From a virus (Duplodnaviria; Caudoviricetes): a DNA stretch of 64,000 nucleotides. The translations under genes and the position numbers were made by a program. The stretch is taken from IMG/VR virus record IMGVR_UViG_3300037541_000451, positions 1-64,000 of that record; one strand, given 5' to 3'. The notes under the pieces were generated by a model, which saw only the letters and a list, made by a program, of their open reading frames with translations, searched no databases and was not told where the DNA came from. This document shows positions 1 through 7,300 of the stretch, in pieces. The first letter of the stretch is position 1. Each line of letters starts with the position of its first letter.

Positions 1-97
1 TGTCTTTTTCATAGATAAAGCTATCGCCAATCTTTAAAGAATTAAATGTAACTTTATTCTCGGTTGTCGCTTGTTCTTCATTACCTGAGGTTTTCAT
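1..97 (-). CDS. hypothetical protein, runs off the window edge
   Basis: ATG at 97, open frame MKTSGNEEQATTENKVTF... to position 1. Confidence 0.5.
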   Translation of the reverse strand, partial: MKTSGNEEQATTENKVTFNSLKIGDSFIYEKD

Positions 98-110
98 TTG
101 AGTTTTTTTC

Positions 111-149
111 AAAAAAAAAAAAAAAATAGGGTTACTCATAATAACCCTA
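111..149 (-). terminator. intrinsic terminator with 16-nt T tail
   Basis: 8-bp stem TAGGGTTA/TAACCCTA (127-149), then T16 on the minus strand (A run 111-126), just after the stop at 154. Confidence 0.75.
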
Positions 150-153
150 ATTT

Positions 154-378
154 TCAAGCCTTGATAAACTTCGTTTCTGCCACTTCAAACTTGATTGGTT
201 TGTTTTTGGCGATTTCGGGCAGAGCATTCATTTGAATGAGCTCTTTTCCGTTATCATCTAAAAATTCAATTTTCATACCTGAAAATTTCGAATGAGTTCC
301 GTCAGGATTGCTCAATTCGAATTCTTGAGGCGTAACGATAATTTTCGAGACGTATCCAAGAGAAATATTTGCAGCCAT
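154..378 (-). CDS. hypothetical protein
   Basis: ORF track 154-387; likely start is ATG 378, which overlaps the upstream TGA (TGATG). Confidence 0.65.
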   Translation of the reverse strand: MAANISLGYVSKIIVTPQEFELSNPDGTHSKFSGMKIEFLDDNGKELIQMNALPEIAKNKPIKFEVAETKFIKA

Positions 379-479
379 CAAATCCACCCTTTAAACATTG
401 CGAAGCAAGACACAAGAAACATAATGAGTGCGACATAGTCATACCCATTTTCCTTAATTTCTTTTTCGATGAAGTCCAT
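378..479 (-). CDS. small membrane protein (33 aa)
   Basis: MDFIEKEIKENGYDYVALIMFLVSCFAMFKGWI; fills the gap between neighbours, stop overlaps the next ATG. Confidence 0.5.
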   Translation of the reverse strand: MDFIEKEIKENGYDYVALIMFLVSCFAMFKGWI

Positions 480-490
480 TTAAAGTCCTT

Positions 491-685
491 TCAGATTGTT
501 GAAAGATTCACAAAAGCTTTCAGAGTCATCAGATCTTCTAATTCAAGCTTGGTTTGCTCCCAGGCCGAGTCAAATTTATCTAACCACTCCTTTAGGCTTA
601 CTCTTCGTTTTTGACGCTCTAACTGTGCTAAGTTTCGTTTTACACGGATGATAGCACGCTCTACAGACACAAGTTCATTGCTCAC
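491..685 (-). CDS. hypothetical coiled-coil protein
   Basis: ORF track; AAAGG upstream; same strand as neighbours. Confidence 0.6.
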   Translation of the reverse strand: MSNELVSVERAIIRVKRNLAQLERQKRRVSLKEWLDKFDSAWEQTKLELEDLMTLKAFVNLSTI

Positions 686-747
686 TTTAAAATACCTTTA
701 AACAGTGTTGTTGAAAAGCAGTTTAACGACATGCCTAGGTCTTGTCA

Positions 748-1044
748 TCAAAATTTCTTTTCTAGCATCTTTATTACTTCATCTTGTTTTTCAACAAGAT
801 GAAGCAATTCATTTCTCGTGCAATCTGTCACTGCTCTTTTCATGAAAGATCTAATAACTTGTTGTTGTTCTTCTACCAAGCGTAGAATTATATCTCCAGG
901 AAAATCTTCGGGATACGCATCAACCAAAGCAAAGAATTGCTTATAGTTGAAAATCCCAAGACCTGTCACTTCAACCATATTATCATGGTTGATAAAGATA
1001 TAATTCCACCTGCAGGAAACTTCATCTGATCTCACGAGCGCCAT
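748..1044 (-). CDS. hypothetical protein
   Basis: ORF track; strong SD AAAGGAG upstream. Confidence 0.7.
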   Translation of the reverse strand: MALVRSDEVSCRWNYIFINHDNMVEVTGLGIFNYKQFFALVDAYPEDFPGDIILRLVEEQQQVIRSFMKRAVTDCTRNELLHLVEKQDEVIKMLEKKF

Positions 1045-1071
1045 GTCAACTCCTTTGGTTGAGATTCAGTT

Positions 1072-1132
1072 GTGAAAGACCATCGGCCCCGAAGGGCCTA
1101 GGTTTCGGCTAGTTAAGCCTCGTCAGTTTCAC
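1072..1132 (-). ncRNA. hammerhead ribozyme (type I)
   Basis: Stem I GUGAAA/UUUCAC; core CUGACGA; stem II GGCU/AGCC; GAAA; stem III ACC/GGU capped by GGCCC-UUCG-GGGCC; GUC cleavage triplet (cut between 1078 and 1077). Confidence 0.85.
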
Positions 1133-1251
1133 TTGCAGTACCAAGCATTTCCTGTACACCACACACTCAAGTCAAACTTGGAAACAATCTCATCAAAGCA
1201 TGCTTCAGTAATTTCAACATGCTTGCCGTGTTGTATTCTGAAATACCTCAT
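1129..1251 (-). CDS. small hypothetical protein (40 aa)
   Basis: SD AAAGGAG then MRYFRIQHGKHVEITEACFDEIVSKFDLSVWCTGNAWYCK; the stop lies in hammerhead stem I. Confidence 0.55.
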   Translation of the reverse strand: MRYFRIQHGKHVEITEACFDEIVSKFDLSVWCTGNAWYCK

Positions 1252-1296
1252 TTGAAATCTCCTTTGGTTGAGGTTTGACTATAAGCTTTTGCTTAT

Positions 1297-1315
1297 CATA
1301 TAAGATACCGATTTT
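1297..1315 (-). promoter_or_regulatory. candidate phage-RNAP promoter, copy 1
   Basis: AAAATCGGTATCTTATATG; related copies at 1777-1795 and 60686-60704; intergenic and upstream of an SD. Confidence 0.55.
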
Positions 1316-1322
1316 TCCGCAA

Positions 1323-1763
1323 TTATTCTTTATAAAAATGATGATTGTTCCAAGACCCTAAGTAAGTAAGTTTCTTTCTCCAGTAGGGCTTCACATAATC
1401 AGCATGGAAGTGCGTAGCATTTTCGAATTTTAAAGGTATTCCGAGCAATCCATTATATTGATTTAAAGTTAACATCGCTAGATAATCATAAGTTTCTTTT
1501 GCAATTTTCTTTTCTTTGTACAGTGTCCAAGAAAATTGATTCTTTTTAAAGATAGTTGAACAATAATCTTCATCTTTAGTTCTATTAAACACTACTTGAT
1601 TTACAATCAAAATGCCAACAACGCCTTCGCCGATAGCTTCATGATATATATTTTTGACAAGACAATCAAGCTGGTTTTTAGGAATACCTTTAAGATCTTT
1701 AAAACTCTTTTGATAGTCTAAATCTAAAGGACACATCAAAAGCAATATGATAATAAATCTCAT
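1323..1763 (-). CDS. cell wall hydrolase, SleB/Hydrolase_2 family
   Basis: NIYHEAIGE, FSW and ATHFHADYVKPYW...HHFY motifs; hydrophobic N-terminus. Confidence 0.85.
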   Translation of the reverse strand: MRFIIILLLMCPLDLDYQKSFKDLKGIPKNQLDCLVKNIYHEAIGEGVVGILIVNQVVFNRTKDEDYCSTIFKKNQFSWTLYKEKKIAKETYDYLAMLTLNQYNGLLGIPLKFENATHFHADYVKPYWRKKLTYLGSWNNHHFYKE

Positions 1764-1776
1764 ACAGAGCTCCTTT

Positions 1777-1795
1777 CATATAAGATACTATTATT
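1777..1795 (-). promoter_or_regulatory. candidate phage-RNAP promoter, copy 2
   Basis: AATAATAGTATCTTATATG followed directly by SD AAAGGAG. Confidence 0.5.
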
Positions 1796-1816
1796 TTCGA
1801 AAGGACACCCGTTGAG

Positions 1817-2068
1817 TTATTTGCCGTTGTCAGACGAATTAAGTTTAGGGTCACGTAATCTCAAATTAGCTTTGACAGACTTTCCGCCTTTTCTTATAGG
1901 CACCTTATGATCGATATGCTTTCCCTCTCTTTTTATTTCAAGAGAGTCATAAAGACGCCTTGCCTTTTGTCTTTCATGTTGATTGCTGTCAGGACCAGAT
2001 TTACCTGTCTTTAAATCTTGTTGATACTCTTTTTTATAATCACGTTTTCTATTAGGATTATACGGCAT
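1817..2068 (-). CDS. small HNH-like nuclease
   Basis: HIDHKVPIRKGG...NLR motif. Confidence 0.6.
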   Translation of the reverse strand: MPYNPNRKRDYKKEYQQDLKTGKSGPDSNQHERQKARRLYDSLEIKREGKHIDHKVPIRKGGKSVKANLRLRDPKLNSSDNGK

Positions 2069-2077
2069 ACTTACTCC

Positions 2078-2104
2078 AAAATAAAACCCCGCATTAGCGG
2101 GGTT
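2078..2104 (-). terminator. intrinsic terminator after the lysis genes
   Basis: AACCCCGC/GCGGGGTT stem then TTATTTT on the minus strand. Confidence 0.75.
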
Positions 2105-2109
2105 AATTA

Positions 2110-2214
2110 TTACTTACTTTTAAGACATTTTCCAGCTGCTTTACACTTCGTCGGTGTAGGACAGCCCTTGCAAGGTTTAAAAGTTTCTTGCTTTTTGATA
2201 TGAATCATTATCAT
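2110..2214 (-). CDS. small Cys-rich protein (34 aa)
   Basis: MIMIHIKKQETFKPCKGCPTPTKCKAAGKCLKSK; TAATG overlap with the endolysin stop. Confidence 0.6.
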   Translation of the reverse strand: MIMIHIKKQETFKPCKGCPTPTKCKAAGKCLKSK

Positions 2215-2540
2215 TAACATTTCCTTTCGTAATGCGGAGCATCTTTAAATTTCTTCCAGAACATTCCTGCTCTGTTTAATGGACTAAGACTTTCCCAGAA
2301 TCTTCCGATCTCTTCTGGGTAAACAATCTTACCGTCTTTCGTAAAGTAAATATCAATGGCGCATTTCTTCAAATGCATTGAATCCATTGTTTTAGATCTT
2401 CCGGTTTTGATATAAATCTCTTGTTGTTCAGGAGTCCTTTGAAGCTCACCTAATCGAGCCTCATAGCCTAACTTAAAGGCTTCTTGAAGCAGCCTTGCTA
2501 AATCTTTTGCAAATGCTTCTTGATGTTGTCCTAGTGTCAT
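2214..2540 (-). CDS. endolysin, peptidase M15 (L-Ala-D-Glu peptidase-like)
   Basis: R-T-x-E-x-Q, SMH...AIDI and DAPHYE zinc-peptidase motifs. Confidence 0.85.
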   Translation of the reverse strand: MTLGQHQEAFAKDLARLLQEAFKLGYEARLGELQRTPEQQEIYIKTGRSKTMDSMHLKKCAIDIYFTKDGKIVYPEEIGRFWESLSPLNRAGMFWKKFKDAPHYERKC

Positions 2541-3073
2541 TCTTTCACCTTGTTAACGATAGTTTTAAACGTTTCGTCTTTGTTTTGAGAAGATCTACTA
2601 GAACCATAAAAGAACTGTAAGATTTGACTAATTATTGTACCTAACAAAAAACCCAATATTGTATCAGCAAATCTTATATTGTCTTGCGGAATAGTGCCAA
2701 ATGTAATGAATCCAATATAAATAGCACCGCACATAGACCAGAAGATTGCTAAATAGTAAATAAACCTTTTCGAGAAAACATCATATTGTGCTAATGCGGC
2801 AGCTTGTAAATTACGAGCATTTTGAACATCAGCTAAGTAGGCCTTTTCAAGTTCCGCATTAATTTTATTATCTTCTTGCTTTAATCTTAAGAGCTCTTCT
2901 TCGTGCTCCATTTCAAACTGTTGTAATTTTAAAAGATCTTCTTGGCTTAAAGAAGCTTTATCTACATCTACTCCAGTTTTCTCTTTTACCCAGTCCTTAC
3001 CTTTTGCAAGGACTGCGTTTCCGATTAAATTTAAACCAGCACCAATTAAGGGCTGCAGGATCGCTGGTAGCAT
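2537..3073 (-). CDS. holin-like protein (3TM, GTA-holin type)
   Basis: C-terminal hydrophobic helices ending FFYGSSRSS; directly upstream of the endolysin. Confidence 0.65.
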   Translation of the reverse strand: MLPAILQPLIGAGLNLIGNAVLAKGKDWVKEKTGVDVDKASLSQEDLLKLQQFEMEHEEELLRLKQEDNKINAELEKAYLADVQNARNLQAAALAQYDVFSKRFIYYLAIFWSMCGAIYIGFITFGTIPQDNIRFADTILGFLLGTIISQILQFFYGSSRSSQNKDETFKTIVNKVKE

Positions 3074-3143
3074 ATTTATCCTTATTAATGATTGTATAAC
3101 TAACTACATTTACCTAATGATACATTAAGAGGGGGGCGTCCTT

Positions 3144-3162
3144 GGGTTAATCTAACGGGTTT
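3144..3162 (-). promoter_or_regulatory. 19-bp boundary motif, copy 1 of 4
   Basis: minus strand AAACCCGTTAGATTAACCC; also at 22031, 48849 and 60731. Confidence 0.55.
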
Positions 3163-3177
3163 GCTAAACAAATATTT

Positions 3178-3432
3178 TCACGAATAATACACAAAGGGTT
3201 TCTTACGAGTATCTCTAAAATCAAAGTCTTCTAAATCTTTTAATCCAACAGCAAGCTTCTCGAGAATATGACTTTGTGCACGCTGAGGTCTATTCATTAT
3301 AAGTCTAACCCACCACATTGGTGTAGTCATCCAATGATACTCAGTATCTTTATGCTTCTTCAGTTTAGGTTTATTTCTTTCTTCTGTATTATAAAGCAAT
3401 GAACTTGGTTTGTCTTTAATTGTTCTTGACAT
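3178..3432 (-). CDS. hypothetical protein
   Basis: ORF track; SD GGAGG upstream. Confidence 0.7.
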   Translation of the reverse strand: MSRTIKDKPSSLLYNTEERNKPKLKKHKDTEYHWMTTPMWWVRLIMNRPQRAQSHILEKLAVGLKDLEDFDFRDTRKKPFVYYS

Positions 3433-3470
3433 TTCATTACCTCCAAAACTCTGAAAATAAATGCGAAAAA

Positions 3471-3623
3471 GCGGGCCGAGGTGACGCCACTGGTCACCCC
3501 ATGGCCCTGGTACTACTTGCTGAGAAAAGTGTCAAGGTGGTCCAACCTGCTACCCTGCCGGGGGAACCTGCTACCCTGCCGGGGGAGCCTGCGCATGGCA
3601 ACGTGGCCGCGTCTCTCCCACCC
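3471..3623 (+). repeat. GC-rich dispersed element A, with an internal 21-bp tandem duplication
   Basis: Aligns by eye with elements at 27546-27667 and 60761-60885; AACCTGCTACCCTGCCGGGGG at 3544-3564 and 3565-3585. Confidence 0.6.
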
Positions 3624-4034
3624 ATTATTTTCAAGGATTCTTGTAAAGATAAATTCAGGATCCATATGAGATCCTTGAGATAACACAAAATCAAGCTTTT
3701 GTTTAATGCCTTCTTTAATGAGTTCTTCATGAAGTTGAACAGCACATTTATATGCCGTAAAACCTTTTTCAGAGCAAGCATAATAGATTTGCACTAAACC
3801 AACTTCATTATTATGCAAGGGCTTGTCAATAACTGCAACTATAAATGCGATTATATTATCATTCTTTTTTAGAATTTTCATAAAAGATTTTCTAAAGTAT
3901 AAATCAGTCATACTTTTAAGACATTTATTTTTATCGACATTTACAAAAGAATGATCATTTAAGTTGTAATATAAATTAACACAAAAAGAAATATCTGTTA
4001 ATTTTAATTTTTCTATTGTGGTGGTATTGGCCAT
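3513..4034 (-). CDS. GNAT-like acetyltransferase-fold protein (tail-associated)
   Basis: Beta-alpha pattern and terminal ILENNGWERRG, typical of phage GNAT-like genes beside fibre genes; the C-terminus reads through element A. Confidence 0.45.
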   Translation of the reverse strand: MANTTTIEKLKLTDISFCVNLYYNLNDHSFVNVDKNKCLKSMTDLYFRKSFMKILKKNDNIIAFIVAVIDKPLHNNEVGLVQIYYACSEKGFTAYKCAVQLHEELIKEGIKQKLDFVLSQGSHMDPEFIFTRILENNGWERRGHVAMRRLPRQGSRFPRQGSRLDHLDTFLSK

Positions 4035-4396
4035 ACAATATTAAACGGATCTGATTGATTAGTAATATCACGAAGCTGTTGACGATAAATAACCCATTCT
4101 TGTTTACGTTCTAAACTTAAAGGTACATCTGATAAAAGTAACCAGTCGGACTTTTGTAGTAGCGCGTTTCTTTTTTGACGAACTATCAGCCATGCAATAG
4201 GTCCTTGCTCAGCGATTATTTCTTCAGCAGTCATGTCAACTACACTGTTGTTAGCTACTTTTTTGTTTAGAATTGCACCTGTATATGGCAGCCAACCTTG
4301 GCCCTCAACAATATTCAAAACAACATCTGTTGATAAACATTGAATTTGTTTTTCTATTCGCCCATCAGCTAGATTGTAAATTATAGCGCTAATCAT
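4013..4396 (-). CDS. tail fibre assembly chaperone
   Basis: RQKRNALLQKSDW...W..YRQQLRDIT...WP motif. Confidence 0.85.
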   Translation of the reverse strand: MISAIIYNLADGRIEKQIQCLSTDVVLNIVEGQGWLPYTGAILNKKVANNSVVDMTAEEIIAEQGPIAWLIVRQKRNALLQKSDWLLLSDVPLSLERKQEWVIYRQQLRDITNQSDPFNIVWPIPPQ

Positions 4397-7300
4397 CTTT
4401 TAACCTCAAGAGTTGTAAGAGACCTATTTGTGACAGTCATAGAGCCAAAGCTAGTTTGAACACTCAGTTGGACTTTATAAGTTCGAGAGCCTGTTGTTGT
4501 GTTAATATCGAGTACTGAAGCAGATAGCGGCAAGTTTTCACCAAGACTTACAGCCGCAAAATAAATTTCAGTCGTACCTCTAATTATTCTAACATTCATT
4601 AAACTGTTAGAGCCAGTTCCAGTGCCATTATAGGTAAATGAATAAGTAACAAGAGTTGGGGCTCCGCTAGATGTATATGTTAAAGTTTGAACATCATGCC
4701 ATACAGTACCTTGTGTAAATGTTGATGCTGATGTAGTATAAGAAGACGAAGGGATTGTAACTGCTTGATTTGCTATATTAATCGTATTAACTGCATTAAT
4801 TGCATCTGCAGTTAAAGATCCTGAAAAAGTACCTGTAGCCGCACTTAGAGAACCGCCAAAAGTACCTGAAGCTGCATCTAGAGTACCTGCAAAGTATGCA
4901 GCACCTGTAGTTGCATTTAAACTAAAAGTTACATTACCGTTCGCATTGTAAGCTGCAATACCGTTTTGAGTAAATCCAATACCAGAGCCTGAAGTACGAA
5001 TACCACTTGAATTCCAGTCTAAACTGCCTGCTGCAAAGCCGCCGCCGCCAGATAAAACAGTCCTTGCACTTGCTGAAATTGCATCAGTAGGAGGTTTAGT
5101 TCCACCAACTTGAGAATAAGATATAGGTGTTGCAGAACCTGCATTGAATAGTAAAGTTTGCCCATCTGCAGAATATATACTTAAACCATTTGAGTTAATT
5201 TTAGCAGCCGTGATTGAGTTTGCAGTAATTCTATCTACACTAATAAAACCAGATGTAATTTTGTCTGCTGATAAATTGCCAATTTTAGCATTTGCAATTG
5301 AACCATCTTGAATACGTGCTGTATCAATATATACAATGCCATCTGCAACAATAAATGGTTTTACTCTAGTATTTGTTGCAGTTGGATTTGCAATAAAAAA
5401 TTTATCAGCATTTACACCAAAAATAGACTGACTTGCACCCGTTTGAGTGTTAACTTCACTTTCGAGACCAAAGCCACTAAGGATACCATTATTATCAATA
5501 ACTAAAGAGTATGCTCCTATGAGATTTCCGTTTTCAGCTCTTGTTGTCATTTTCTGTTGTACAGAAACATTCATATCATTCAGGCTGCTTTGAATTGTTA
5601 CCACCTCAAGTGCTAAAGAGTTATCTGCTTCAGTTCTTGTAATTACTTCTTGATTGTATAAAGCTTGATAGATATTTACAGACTTAGTTCCAAAAGCAAT
5701 CCAATCAATATACCATGTGTTGCCAGCAGATTGGTATAAATATAGTGAAATTCCATAAATGTCACTATTAATCCAATCGGTACCTCCATTATTTAGCTGA
5801 GACATATCCCACTCAGCTATAAACCAATCAGTGACGCCAGAACTGTTCGTAACTACACCTGTAGGTAATGGTATAATTTTTCTATAAGCTGTAGAAGCTG
5901 AATGACTGTTTGTAGTGTATCTTAATTCGCCTAGCCAGCCAATATTTGAAGTTCCTGAAGCTTTCTTAATACGCATTCTCATTACAGGTGCGTATTGTCC
6001 ATCAAATCTCTCAGAAATTGTAAATGTTTTACTTAATATTATAGCAAGTCCAGATGTGTTAGAAATTTCTAATGAATTTACAGAGCCTCTCCAACTTAAC
6101 GTAGCATTGCTGATTGAAAAAGATTCAGTTGTAGAATCAAAGTTAAAAGTTCGATATGCTGAAAATCCTTCGCCGTACTGACCAACTGAATTTGTTCTAG
6201 CTGACAGTGTAGTTACAGAACTAGAAAGACTGGTTGTTGTATTTTCTAATGTCGATACTTTTGTAACTAAACCTGTTGTAGGGGCATCAATTAAATTAAC
6301 TCTAGAATTCAGAGTTGTGCTTAATTGAGTCGAATCTATTTTAGACGATAATGTTTCTAATAATTTTGTGCTATTAGGACTTGTTAACGCACCTAATCTA
6401 TTTGAGAAAGGTGTAGATTCTACACCTTCTTTATTCACTTCTTTTAATGCAAATAAATAATTAGTATTAGGGTCACCACTGAATATATAACTATTTGTAT
6501 TACCCTCGACTGAAGAGATCTTAATTAAAGAACTTAATAAAGTTGTCAATGCTGGTTGTGTATTATAATTAAAATAAGCGCTATATTTTCCAGTTATATC
6601 AGTTTGCAGTTGAGGTCTTAAAACTTGGTTTATATAAGTCTGTTGCGCTTCAGTAGCAGTTCCCGCTAGAAAATTCGTAATAATTGTTACGTCTGTACTT
6701 GTTACAGAATTCGAATTATCAATATCCCCGAGCATCCTACCATTAAAGACTTCTTTAAATATTGTACTACCAGGTGTCTGATTGTTTACCGCTTGTGTAA
6801 GACCTGTTTGAATCGCTGTCCAATTTTCAAAAGAATTGGTCATTGGAGCGTAGTAAACATCTGTATAACCATGTCCACCACCTTCAGTGTAAGTTGGTAT
6901 TGTCCAGGTCATCCTGATAGAATTATACAAAGCCGTAATATTAAAGTTAGTAGGCGGAGATGGTGGTAATGAAGGGTTGGTATTTATAGTAGCTCTAATA
7001 GATTCTTTTCTAGATTGAATTAATACAGTGTACTCTAATACTTCAGTAGCTGTTTCCACACCCGGCTTAAACTCTGAAACACGAGCTTTATAATATCTTG
7101 GAGCACCTAAATAAGGTTCAATTTGAAGCGTTTTAAGAGCGCTGCCAGATATTAATTGATCGTTTAAATACCATTGATAAGTAGGATTCGAAAAACCTCT
7201 AGCAACTGCTGTTAAAACAATTGAAGGAGTGGTAAAATTAGTTGTGTATGCTTCTTGAATAAACACTAAATGATTCGAAGAAATTGTTAAATCACGTTTA

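Noticed and set aside
3544-3592. CRISPR-like array (also the 15-bp repeats at 53331 and the repeats at 48615)
   Set aside because: Tandem or irregular repeats without unique spacers of constant length; no cas genes.
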